From: an uncultured Thermoleophilia bacterium
GTDB lineage: Bacteria > Actinomycetota > Thermoleophilia > UBA2241
Assembly (NCBI GenBank): GCA_963767505.1
Contig: CAVYDV010000008.1
Coordinates: 166,937-230,936, forward strand
Length of the DNA: 64,000 nucleotides
Reading direction: 5' to 3'
Below are positions 1 to 8,512 of the stretch, piece by piece. Made by a program: the position numbers and the translations under genes. The notes beneath the pieces were generated by a model. That model was not told the DNA's origin. It ran no database searches and was given only the letters and a program-made list of their open reading frames with translations. Position 1 is the first letter of the stretch. The number at the start of each line of letters is the position of its first letter.

Positions 1-702
1 GACGGCGGAGACGGTGTCGACGCCGAAGGGCACCGTGAATGTGTCGTAGCCGAGCTGGATGCCCTCTTCCTGGAGCTGATGGATGATGCTGCGGCCGTTG
101 ACATTGCCACTGAGGAAGATCAGGATGCCACGGCTCTGCAGCTCGCGGACGATCTTGACCGCGACCTCGTTGCTCTTGGCGCACCCGACGATGGCGCAGA
201 AGCCGGGCATGCGGCCGTCGACCAGCTGGATGCCCCAGGCACGGAGCTGGATGTCGTCGATGGGGCCGTTGAGCTTCATCTTGTCGCCGTGGGCCGTCAG
301 GGCGCCGGGGGTGAAACGCTCGCCGTGCTCTTGACCGTTGCCGAGCTTGATGATCTGAGGCTCCTGCTTACGCACGAAGCGCACCCCCTCGATCACCTCC
401 TCGGCGAAGAGGGTGGCGACGCCGCTGTCGAGGGTCTCGCCGAGGTAGGGCAGCCACATGGAGTCGGCGGGCAGGGGGTGGAGGAGAGACCTGGCCCGCT
501 CGAGGACGGGCGGCAGGTCGCCGAGGGTCTCGACCTTGCGTCCGGTGAAGGCGTAGACGACGGGCAGGAAGTAGGCGGTGTTGGTGAACGCGACGGGGGT
601 CTCTGGTCCGAACTCCTCGATGGCATCGTTGACCATCGCCTCAGCCTCGGCGACGATGGCGCCGGCGCCGCGGATGGCGCGCTTGGCGATGTAGCGGCTC
701 AT
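1..702 (-). CDS. acsB: Acetyl-CoA synthase subunit (AcsB) of CODH/ACS, N-terminal 234 codons; gene continues beyond the left edge
   Basis: Not in the ORF track because there is no stop inside the window. My minus-strand translation from ATG 702-700 reads MSRYIAKRAIRGAGAIVAEAEAMVNDAIEEFGPETPVAFTNTAYFLPVVYAFTGRKVETLGDLPPVLERARSLL...GCAKSNEVAVKIVRELQSRGILIFLSGNVNG. I recognise this as the N-terminal domain of bacterial AcsB. The ATG overlaps the cooS TGA (ATGA at 699-702), indicating translational coupling. Confidence 0.8.
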   Translation of the reverse strand, partial: MSRYIAKRAIRGAGAIVAEAEAMVNDAIEEFGPETPVAFTNTAYFLPVVYAFTGRKVETLGDLPPVLERARSLLHPLPADSMWLPYLGETLDSGVATLFAEEVIEGVRFVRKQEPQIIKLGNGQEHGERFTPGALTAHGDKMKLNGPIDDIQLRAWGIQLVDGRMPGFCAIVGCAKSNEVAVKIVRELQSRGILIFLSGNVNGRSIIHQLQEEGIQLGYDTFTVPFGVDTVSAV

Positions 703-2780
703 CGATCTTCTCCCTCGGCGTGGGTGTGACCGGGCCCGTGGTCGTGCGAGTGCCCGTCGGCCAGCGGATAGACCGCCGATCCGACGGTCTCGACTTCGTC
801 CTGCGCCGTGAGGTACTCGCGGATGGCGGCGAAGTACGGTGTGTCGCCGCTGTCGCCGAATTGCGATGGATCGTATGGCTTGAGCTTGAGCGCGGCGCGC
901 TTGCCGTCGATCAGCTCGAGCGAGCGGGCGAGCATCTCGTTCCAGTCCGGGATGAACTCGAGGTCGCCGCCGACCATCTCCTCCCAGCCCTCCGTCATCA
1001 GGCGAGTCGCCACGGTGGAGGCCTTCACCGGGCTGCTCACGCCGAAGACGACGTGCGCGCCCGAGGCCGCGAAGTAGGTGCCGATGGCGATCGCCTTCTC
1101 GCACATCCACTCTGGGCAGAGACCGACGGCGGGCAGCTCGTCGATGTCGTCGCCGAGGCCGCCCTCGGTGGCGATCTGCGTGAGGACGGTGAGGATGCGG
1201 GAGTTGTCTACGCAGGAGCCGAGATGGAGCACCGGCGGGATGCCGATCGCCTCCATGACCTCGCGCAGGCCCGGACCGGCGGCATCGAGGATCTCGGGGC
1301 TCAGGAAGCCGGCTTTCGCGCCGGCGGTCGCAGCGCAGCCGGTGACCACGACCATGACGTCGCGCGCGATGAACTCCTTGATCATCGTGACGATGCCCTC
1401 GTCCTGCGTGACGCGCACGTTGTTGCAGCCGACGACGCCGGCGAGGCCGCGGATGCGGCCGGCGATGACGGAGTCGTTGAGCGGCCGGAAGGACCCGCGA
1501 TGGAAGCCGCCCTGCATGTAGTTCAGGTACTCGTGGCTGAAGCCGGCGACCAGGGGTTCGTGGTAGTCGGGGATGTGGATGGGGCCGCGGTTCTTGTAGT
1601 TGGCGATCGCCATCCGCACGATCTCGGCGGCCGTCTCCGGGGCGCGACGCTCGTCGAACTCGACGTGGACCGCGCCGGGGATCTTCGCCTTCGGCGAGGT
1701 GGTGATGAGCTGGGTGTGGAAGCGCTGCGAGAGCGGCCCGAGCGCCTGCATGATGCACTGCACATCGACGACCATGGCCTCGACGGCGCCCGTGAGCACG
1801 GCCAGTTCCTGGTGCAGGAAGTTGCCCGCCGGCGGGATGCCGTAGCGCATGAGGATCTCGTTGCTGGTGCAGCAGATGCCGGCCAGATTGATGCCCTCGG
1901 CGCCGGCCGCCTTGGCCTCGGCGATCAGCTCGGGGTCGCGCGAGGCCTCGACGAGCATCGCCGACAGCGTCGGCTCGTGGCCGTGCACGACGACGTTGAC
2001 CTGGTCGCTCTTGAGCACGCCCAAGTTGACCTCGCTGGAGAGCGGCGACGGTGTGCCGAAGAGGATATCGCTGATGTCGGTGCTCAGCATGGCGCCGCCC
2101 CAGCCATCCGCCAGCGAGCAGCGCAGGGCGCTCTTGAGGATGTTCTCGGCGTCGAGGTCGACGCCCTCGTGGGTGCGGTGGAGGACCTCGGCGATCTCGC
2201 GGTCGATGGCGCGCGGCGTGAGCTTCAGCTTCTTCCACAGCTCCTGGCGCTTGGGCGTGGCGCGCCGCGTGTAGACGATCTCGCCGAAGGGCTGGCCGAA
2301 CTGCTCCAGGGCCTTCTCGGAGACGTCGAGGGCGATGTCGTTGACCTCGCGGCCGGCGGTGGGGATGTCCATATGGCCGGCGACGGCCATCAGCTTCTGC
2401 TCGTCCTTGATCGTGTAGCCCGGCGCCTGCCCGCTGGCCACCGCGTGCAGCGTCATGGCCATGTCGCGGCCGTGGTCCGAGTGGGCGGCGACGCCGCCCG
2501 CGACCTGGCGGGCGAAGTGGCGCGCTGCGATGGTGGGCAGGTCGGCGCCGCAGATGCCCACCTTGCTCTCGGCGTCCTTGCCGACCAGGCGGCACGGGCC
2601 CATCGAACAGATGCGGCAGCAGGCGCCGGTCTCGCCGATGGGGCAAGGCTTCATGTGGTCGGCGCGACCGAAAGCGGTCTCGATGCCGCAGTCGTCTGCG
2701 TGCAGCAGCATCTCGAGAGCGGCGGGATCGATGCTCTTCGGTGTCTCGGCCTTGACGTCCTCGCTCTTCACGTCATCCAT
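699..2780 (-). CDS. cooS: Anaerobic Ni-dependent carbon monoxide dehydrogenase catalytic subunit (CooS/AcsA)
   Basis: Track ORF 699..2780(-), 693 aa, with no frame breaks. It has the N-terminal Cys cluster KPCPIGETGACCRICSMGPCR and the later CCTSNE, GCNNV and GSCVDN blocks typical of CooS/AcsA. AAGGAG lies 7 nt upstream of the ATG. The C-terminus is His-rich (HSHDHGPGHTH). Confidence 0.95.
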   Translation of the reverse strand: MDDVKSEDVKAETPKSIDPAALEMLLHADDCGIETAFGRADHMKPCPIGETGACCRICSMGPCRLVGKDAESKVGICGADLPTIAARHFARQVAGGVAAHSDHGRDMAMTLHAVASGQAPGYTIKDEQKLMAVAGHMDIPTAGREVNDIALDVSEKALEQFGQPFGEIVYTRRATPKRQELWKKLKLTPRAIDREIAEVLHRTHEGVDLDAENILKSALRCSLADGWGGAMLSTDISDILFGTPSPLSSEVNLGVLKSDQVNVVVHGHEPTLSAMLVEASRDPELIAEAKAAGAEGINLAGICCTSNEILMRYGIPPAGNFLHQELAVLTGAVEAMVVDVQCIMQALGPLSQRFHTQLITTSPKAKIPGAVHVEFDERRAPETAAEIVRMAIANYKNRGPIHIPDYHEPLVAGFSHEYLNYMQGGFHRGSFRPLNDSVIAGRIRGLAGVVGCNNVRVTQDEGIVTMIKEFIARDVMVVVTGCAATAGAKAGFLSPEILDAAGPGLREVMEAIGIPPVLHLGSCVDNSRILTVLTQIATEGGLGDDIDELPAVGLCPEWMCEKAIAIGTYFAASGAHVVFGVSSPVKASTVATRLMTEGWEEMVGGDLEFIPDWNEMLARSLELIDGKRAALKLKPYDPSQFGDSGDTPYFAAIREYLTAQDEVETVGSAVYPLADGHSHDHGPGHTHAEGEDR

Positions 2781-2902
2781 GGGTCAGCTCCTTCGGTCGC
2801 GGCCTCCGCCTGATGGGCTCGGGCGCACGGCGATGTCGGTCTCCGCGTGGGCGGCGACGGCAGCGCTGTCGACGAGGTGCTCATTCGGTGTCGGGCGCTG
2901 CG

Positions 2903-3226
2903 TCAGTACTTGCGGTGGTCTCCGGACATGATCAGATCGGTCGGGTCTGTGGCGGTGGCGCGCACGCCGGACGTCGCCCATGCGGGCTTGTCGGTCGGCG
3001 GTGCTGCTGCCTCCTGGCGCTCGCCGGAAGGATAGCCGCCCTCGCTGAGGCGCGTGGCTATCTGCTCCGGGTTCGTCAGTGCGGGGTCGTAGGCGACACG
3101 GACGGCGGTGTCGCGGGCGCTGGCCACGATCGACGAGATGCCGGCGTCCTGTTTGAGCACATCCCGCACGGAGATCACGTGGTGATCGGCCCACATGCCC
3201 GGGACGGCGAGGGTCAACTCTTCCAT
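2903..3226 (-). CDS. Small HMA-fold (heavy-metal-associated-like) protein lacking the CxxC motif; first gene of the cooS-acsB transcription unit
   Basis: Track ORF 2903..3265(-). I place the start at the internal ATG 3226 because AAGGAG lies 6 nt upstream of it. MEELTLAVPGMWADHHVISVRDVL...VRVAYDP...IATRLSEGGYP aligns by eye with the CopZ-type pattern xTLxVxGMxCxxCVxxV...VxVxFD...IxxAIxxxGY. GMWADHH replaces GMSCxHC. Confidence 0.6.
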   Translation of the reverse strand: MEELTLAVPGMWADHHVISVRDVLKQDAGISSIVASARDTAVRVAYDPALTNPEQIATRLSEGGYPSGERQEAAAPPTDKPAWATSGVRATATDPTDLIMSGDHRKY

Positions 3227-3284
3227 CGACAACTCCTTATCCCGTCCCAGCGCGATCTGAGGCACCTATCGCGTGGACGAGGAT

Positions 3285-3300
3285 TGTGGTTTCTTGCACA
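3285..3300. promoter_or_regulatory. CRP/FNR-type palindrome TGTGG-N6-GCACA upstream of the HMA-cooS-acsB unit
   Basis: TGTGGTTTCTTGCACA has the GTG-N8-CAC spacing of CRP-family sites (consensus TGTGA-N6-TCACA). It is centred about 66 bp upstream of ATG 3226. Confidence 0.3.
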
Positions 3301-3316
3301 AGAGTAGTGCTTGCTC

Positions 3317-3345
3317 ACTGTACAGGATGGAGGGTACGCGAGCAA
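3317..3345 (-). promoter_or_regulatory. Candidate sigma-70-type promoter, TTGCTC-N17-TACAGT on the minus strand
   Basis: On the plus strand, gagcaa (3340-3345) and actgta (3317-3322) are separated by 17 nt. The site lies between tRNA-Ser and the HMA-like gene. It was found by eye only. Confidence 0.3.
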
Positions 3346-3420
3346 TGGGGTTTGAGGCGTGTCACGAGCTCGGAGCGGGTGGCGAGAAGCCGATAGGCGC
3401 TCGCGGATCGGCGTCGATGC

Positions 3421-3510
3421 TGGCGGAGGGGGTGGGATTCGAACCCACGAACGACTCGCGCCGTTGCCGGTTTTCAAGACCGGTGCGATCGACCTCTCTG
3501 CCACCCCTCC
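3421..3510 (-). tRNA. tRNA-Ser (anticodon UGA), long variable arm, CCA encoded
   Basis: The reverse complement is GGAGGGGTGGCAGAGAGGTCGATCGCACCGGTCTTGAAAACCGGCAACGGCGCGAGTCGTTCGTGGGTTCGAATCCCACCCCCTCCGCCA. It has a 7-bp acceptor stem, anticodon loop CTTGAAA, and T-arm GTGGG-TTCGAAT-CCCAC. Confidence 0.95.
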
Positions 3511-3521
3511 GAGGCTCTAGT

Positions 3522-4236
3522 CTACCTCGCGCGCGGGGCAGGCGGAGGAGCGGAGACGAGCTTCGCGAGTTGCTCGAGGATGCGGGCTTCCAGTCCGCGA
3601 AGGGCGTCCGCCTGAGTGCGCAACTCCTCGAGCGACGCGCCGGGATGCTCCTCTCCCACGGACGCGTCGATGCCGCCCGGCGGGAGGCTCCGCGCTTCGA
3701 CACCTTGGCGCCGGCGAGGGCCTTGTACTCCTCTGAGGTGTTCAGCTCCTTCAGGGCAGCTAGCAGTCCTCTGCAGCCGGGTCGACCCTTCAGCTTCTTC
3801 ACTACGCGGGCCAGGGTGCAGCGCCTCTTCCTCACGCCCAGGGTCAGCGCGCTGTCGACGAGCTCTGCGAGCAGGTCGCCCGAGGCGTGGAGATAGTGCA
3901 CGGTCGATTCCCGCGAGAACGCGTTCTGGCGCCGCGCGGCGAGCGTGATCCTGGACGTGATGAGTTCGGCCTGCGCCAGACCTGCGAGGGGATTCTGCCG
4001 CACCAAGTCTCGTCACTGACGATAGCGCTCGCAACGTGCGTCAGCTCCCGGGCGGATGCCATCATCTCGAAGCCCATCGCGGGAGCGTCTGCGAGGCTCC
4101 ACCAGAGCGCCTCGAGCAGAGCTGCCGCATGCTTGGTGGCGCACGCCTCGAGAGCCGTCCGGAGTCTGTCGCGTGCGGCAGCCAGATCCGCCATAACCGC
4201 ATCGCCGCGGGCGACCAACCCGCCGTTCGTCGTCAT
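3522..4236 (-). CDS. Hypothetical protein, frame-disrupted (2 apparent frameshifts)
   Basis: Start is ATG 4236, with GAGGGGG 7 nt upstream. Coding-looking segments sit in three track ORFs: 3844..4584 (MTTNGGLVARGDAVMADLAAARDRL...), 3362..4006 (...LITSRITLAARRQNAF...VVKKLKGRPGC...) and 3522..4034 (...SLEELRTQADALRGLEARILEQLAKLV). I do not recognise a family. Confidence 0.4.
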
Positions 4237-4414
4237 CGTGAGCCCCCTCATCCCATGATTGACTGGACTAGTGTACGTCGACGACGCCCTGCCCGCTCGA
4301 CATCTGCTTCTCAGCCTTTCGACGGGAGCTGCCGATAGCTGCCCCAGAGTGATGGCCGAGCAATTCTGCGAAGTGGTGGTCCTGATGAGATCCACCCTGG
4401 CATACTCCGGCGCG

Positions 4415-4826
4415 ATGAAGGTACTGATCGTCGCCTGTTCGGACGGTCGCATCGCCGGACCGCTCAGCACGCTCCAGGAGGAGCTCGGCGAGACCGACGC
4501 CGACCGCATCCTCCTGCCGGGGGGGCCGCTTCTGTTCACGCGCTCAGGGGCGGAGCGCCGCGTCGCCCTCGACTGTGTCCGCACCCATCATCGAGATGCA
4601 CGGCAACCAGGCCATCCACCTCGTATCACACCAGGAGTGCGGAGCCTACGAGCGCGCGCTCGGCGGCCTGGGCTTCGATCAGCAGGAACTGCTCGCGCGC
4701 GACCTGCGCCGGGCCAGGACCCTGCTCGAGAACGCTCATTCCGGCGTCGACGTCTACGCGTACATCATCCCCTGGCGGGAGAACGGCCGCGGGCCGGGGT
4801 TCGGACCGGCGGAGCCTGTGGACTAG
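4415..4826 (+). CDS. Small beta-carbonic-anhydrase-like protein (CxDxR ... HxxC zinc motif), one apparent frameshift near 4580
   Basis: MKVLIVACSDGRIAGPL... comes from the start of track ORF 4259..6217. It joins to IIEMHGNQAIHLVSHQECGAYERAL... (track ORF 4575..4826). CSDGR and HQECG are about 64 residues apart, as in beta-CA, but the protein is much shorter than a canonical beta-CA. An alternative start is ATG 4385. Confidence 0.45.
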
Positions 4827-6139
4827 CGTCGGGCTCCACCCGTCGCAGCCCTGCGCGGGTGGTTCGTCTCGACCGCGTTCAGCGTGCGATCACGTCCTTT
4901 GCCCATCCGCGAGCGCAGGGCTTCGGGGACCGCGATGCTGCCGTCGGGCTGCTGGTAGTTCTCCATGATGGCGATGATCGTGCGGCCGAGGGCGATGGCC
5001 GTGCCGTTCAGGGTGTGCACGAAGCGTGGCCCCTTCTCGGTGCGGTAGCGGCAGTTGAGGCGCCGGGCCTGGTAGTCGGTGCAGTTGGAGCAGCTGGTCA
5101 CCTCGCGGTACTGCTGCTGGCCGGGCAGCCAGGCCTCGCAGTCGAGCTTCTGCGCCGCGGGGGCGCCGAGGTCGCCGGCTGCGATGTTGACGACGCGGTA
5201 GGGGATGCCCAGGCCCTGCAGGATCGTCTCCTCCGCCGAGAGGATGCGCTGGTGCTCGGCGGCGGCTTGCTCGGGCAGGCAGAAGCTGAACATCTCGAGC
5301 TTGTCGAACTGGTGGACGCGCAGGATGCCGCGCGTGTCGCGGCCGGCGGCGCCCGCCTCGCGGCGGAAGCAGGTGGAGTAGCCGGCGTAGCGGAGGGGCA
5401 GATCGGCAGCCTCGAGGAACTCGCCCATGTGCAGGGCGGCCAGCGGTACCTCGCTCGTGCCCACCAGGCAATCGCCGTCCAGCGTCTCGTAGATCTGCGC
5501 CCGGTCGGTGGGGAAGAAGCCGGTGCCGTACATCGCCTCCTCACGCACGAGCACTGGGGGCACGACGGGGCGGAAGCCCTGGCCGCAGACGATCTCGAGG
5601 GCGTAGCCCACGAGGGCGAACTGCAGAAGCACGAGATCGCCCTTGAGGTAGGCGAAGCGCGATCCGCTGACCTTGGCGGCGCGCTCCATGTCGATGACGT
5701 CGAGGGCCAGACCGAGGTCGAGGTGGTCCTTGGCCTCGAAGTCGAAGCGGGGAGGCTCGCCGACCGAGCGCAGCACCACCGCGTCGGCGGCGCCGCCCGG
5801 GGGGACGTCGTCGAGCACGAGGTTGGGGATCTCGAGGAGCTGCGCGCGCAGATCCTCGTCGATCTCCGCCAGCTCGGCCTCGCCCTGCTTGATGGTGTCG
5901 CCCAGAGCGCGCATGGCGGCGATCGCCTGCTCGGCTTCGCCGCCGCCCTTCTTGACGGCGGCGATCTCGTCGCTCGTCCGCTTGCGCTCGGCGCGCATCG
6001 TCTCGACCTGGGTGAGCAGCTTGCGGCGCCGGCGCTCGACCGCGAGGAACTCGTCGAGCGACGACGCGGACGCGCCGCGGCGTGCCAAAGCCTCGCGGAC
6101 CTCGTCCGGGTTGGAGCGCAGCATCTTCACGTCGAGCAT
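4823..6139 (-). CDS. serS: Seryl-tRNA synthetase
   Basis: Track ORF 4823..6139(-), 438 aa. It has the N-terminal coiled-coil arm and class II motifs (FRREAGAAGRDTRGILRVHQFDKLE, GTAIALGRTIIAIMENYQQ). GGAGG lies 6 nt upstream of the ATG. The stop shares CTAG with the convergent upstream gene. Confidence 0.95.
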   Translation of the reverse strand: MLDVKMLRSNPDEVREALARRGASASSLDEFLAVERRRRKLLTQVETMRAERKRTSDEIAAVKKGGGEAEQAIAAMRALGDTIKQGEAELAEIDEDLRAQLLEIPNLVLDDVPPGGAADAVVLRSVGEPPRFDFEAKDHLDLGLALDVIDMERAAKVSGSRFAYLKGDLVLLQFALVGYALEIVCGQGFRPVVPPVLVREEAMYGTGFFPTDRAQIYETLDGDCLVGTSEVPLAALHMGEFLEAADLPLRYAGYSTCFRREAGAAGRDTRGILRVHQFDKLEMFSFCLPEQAAAEHQRILSAEETILQGLGIPYRVVNIAAGDLGAPAAQKLDCEAWLPGQQQYREVTSCSNCTDYQARRLNCRYRTEKGPRFVHTLNGTAIALGRTIIAIMENYQQPDGSIAVPEALRSRMGKGRDRTLNAVETNHPRRAATGGARR

Positions 6140-6265
6140 CGCGAGCCTCCGGGTGGCTTCGTGACTGGATACACATCGTACCGCAATGGCTCGACCGTCG
6201 CGGCGCGCTCATGCTAGGCTCGCGCTGCGCAGCGCGCCGTCCCCGTGGGGAGGAAGGAGCCACTG

Positions 6266-7591
6266 ATGGATAGGGTCACACCGAAGGGCAGGCCACGCGT
6301 CCGTGGCCGGCGGGTGATTCCACTTGCCGCGGTGCTTCTGGCGCTCACGGCGGTTCTGCCTGTCGCCTCGGCCAGTCCGTCGGAGGCGAGTCCGAGCCGA
6401 GTCCGAGCCCGGGGGAGAGCCTGCTCACCGCAAGGCCTGGATCCTCGCCTTCGACCAGCGTCGAGCCGTCGCCCACACCGAGCATCGAGCCGTCGCCTCT
6501 CCGCAGCGTGTCTTGCGTCCTCTCTCAGACGAAGGTCATCTACGGGTCCGTCGTCACCGTCTCCGGCGTCGTCTCGCCGGCATCCGAGGGACAGGAGGTC
6601 GCCATCGCTCTGGCGGGGACGGACGTCGGGACGGTCGCGCGGGCGCCGATGGGCGGTTCAGCGCCGACATCCGGCCGAAGCGTGGTGGAGCGGTGGTCGC
6701 ACGCTCTGGTCGCCGACGGTACGGCTCAGCCCGGCGCGCCAGCTGGTCGTGAAGCCCTGGGCTACGACCAGCTATGGCACGCCCATCCCGTTCCTCAGTC
6801 TGCGCTACGTGGTCCGGGTCAAGCCGAGCAGCTACGCGGCCTCGATCACGACTTCGGTCTGGCACAACGGCAAGCGCATCGCCACGCACAGGAAGCGGGT
6901 GCGCGACGGCAGAGCCATCTTCGCGCTGCCGATGCGCGGCGTCGGTCTGTTCACGGTGAAGTCGTCCTACCAGGCCTTCGCCGGTCTGGGCCTGCGGAAC
7001 ACTTCGAAGGGTCTCCGGACGCGGGGGGCTACGCTCAGGGTGGGCTCCAGAGGTCTGCGCGTGCGCGGCTTCCTCACGGGTCTGCGCAGGCTTCAGATCC
7101 GCGTCCCCTCGGTCGGCGACACGCTGACCAGGGGTGGCGCCGACGCCGTCATGGCGTTCCAGAAGGCGTACCGGCTGCCGCGTACCTACGTCGTCAGCGG
7201 CGACGACTGGCGAAAGCTCGACGTCGCGAAGACGGTCCGGCCGCGCTACTCCAGTCCCTACGACCATCTGGAGGTCGACAAACGGCGGCAGATCATGATG
7301 CTCGTCCAGGGTGGCGCCGTGCGCGCTCTCATCGCCATCTCCACGGGGGCGACCGGCAACACGCCGGAGGGCCGCTTCCGCATCCAGCAGAAGCATGCCT
7401 TCACCTTGTCTTTCTCAGGCGGCGCAGTTCTGTACCGCACGATGGGGTTCTACGGGAACTTCGCCATTCACGGATATCCCTCGGTCCCGCCCTATCCCGC
7501 GAGTCATGGCTGCGTGCGCGAGCCGATGTGGGTCGCCGACTGGGTCTACGATCGCTCCTTCGTCGGCGAGCGCGTGTACGTCTACCGCTGA
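6266..7591 (+). CDS. L,D-transpeptidase (YkuD domain) with PG-binding domain and Pro/Ser-rich N-terminal linker; frame-disrupted (3 or more shifts between 6400 and 6760)
   Basis: The C-terminal part of track ORF 6245..7591 contains DAVMAFQKAYRLP (PG_binding-like) and HLEVDKRRQIMMLV...GNFAIHGYPSVPPYPASHGCVR (YkuD catalytic His/Cys). Middle segments lie in ORFs 6508..8070 and 6324..6752. GGAGGAAGGAG lies upstream of ATG 6266. A signal-anchor IPLAAVLLALTAVLPVASA is present. Confidence 0.8.
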   Translation: MDRVTPKGRPRVRGRRVIPLAAVLLALTAVLPVASASPSEASPSRVRARGRACSPQGLDPRLRPASSRRPHRASSRRLSAACLASSLRRRSSTGPSSPSPASSRRHPRDRRSPSLWRGRTSGRSRGRRWAVQRRHPAEAWWSGGRTLWSPTVRLSPARQLVVKPWATTSYGTPIPFLSLRYVVRVKPSSYAASITTSVWHNGKRIATHRKRVRDGRAIFALPMRGVGLFTVKSSYQAFAGLGLRNTSKGLRTRGATLRVGSRGLRVRGFLTGLRRLQIRVPSVGDTLTRGGADAVMAFQKAYRLPRTYVVSGDDWRKLDVAKTVRPRYSSPYDHLEVDKRRQIMMLVQGGAVRALIAISTGATGNTPEGRFRIQQKHAFTLSFSGGAVLYRTMGFYGNFAIHGYPSVPPYPASHGCVREPMWVADWVYDRSFVGERVYVYR

Positions 7592-7601
7592 GATCCGGAC
7601 G

Positions 7602-8505
7602 CTACGGTCGGGCTACGCTCGCCACCATCATCATGGTCGCGAGACCGGCGGCGCGCGTGGTCGTGTCATCGGCTCCGCCTGGTGTGAACGACGTAAGGGA
7701 GAGCGCCTCGACCCTGAAGCGAGCTGCGACCATATCGATGGCGGCGAGCAGTTCAGCCAGGGTGAAGCCGCCCGGCGCCGGGAAGGCGACGCTGGGCGCG
7801 ACGGTCGGGTCGAGGACGTCGATGTCGACGTGCAGGTGCGCGGGCGGGAGGTCCGCGCGTCCGTCCTTCGTCCTCTGCGCCAACTCGTCCAGCCCCGGTC
7901 TCAGCGCGTCGCCGAGCCCGCGGTCGCGAACGGCGCTGCCGCTCACGACGATCACCCGTGACGACGACAGAGCGGCGGCTTCGCCTGGGTCCAAGTCTCT
8001 TCCCCCGGCGTGCAGTGCGAGACGCTCGTCCAGCGGTGCGCCGCCGAGCCGCTGCCAGAGGGTGGGGTAGGCGCGGTTCGTGAGCATCGCCAAGGGCATG
8101 CCGTCCAGGTAGCCTGTGCGGGTCGTCAAAGGCGTGTTGAAGTCGCCGTGGGCGTCGAGCCAGACGATCGTGGCGCCGTCCGGCTCGCCGGCCGGCGCCG
8201 ATGCGGCGAGTAGCCCGGAGCGTACGCCGAGCGTCACGTTGCAGTTGCCGGCCAGCACCAGAGGCAAGCGGCCTGCCCCTACGGCTGCCGCAACCTGAGC
8301 GGCCACGGCGGCGTCCACATCGAGCACCGCATCCAGCTCGCTGGTGAAGGCGCCGCTGCGCCTGACGGTCACCACCTCGACCTCGTGCCCCCGGGCGCGC
8401 AGCGCCTCTGGCCGCGCCGCCGTCAAGGTAGGCCTGCGGCCCTCGTCCGCTGCCGACGTTCTCGCGCCCCAGGTCGTAGGGTACGAGGACGAGGGTCAGG
8501 TCCAC
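7602..8505 (-). CDS. Arginase/agmatinase/formiminoglutamase-family ureohydrolase; one apparent frameshift near 8430
   Basis: Track ORF 7602..8426 carries the Mn-binding motifs DAHGDFNTP and HVDIDVLDP. The N-terminus (V)DLTLVLVPYDLGRENVGSGRGP is in ORF 7753..8505, with a GTG start at 8505. Confidence 0.8.
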
Positions 8506-8512
8506 GGGGGGC

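Noticed and set aside
720-2813. Long ORFs antisense to recognised genes: 720..2813(+), 4259..6217(+), 11740..13644(-), 18420..19655(-), 19813..21114(-), 21419..22828(-), 44219..45877(-) and many shorter ones.
   Set aside because: The reason is the same as for the giant ORF. Each is the mirror frame of a gene with clear family motifs (cooS, serS, kinases, MgtE-N/CBS, dnaK). All have the typical R/A/G/P-rich shadow-ORF composition. The 5' part of 4259..6217 is the only portion used, for the beta-CA-like gene.
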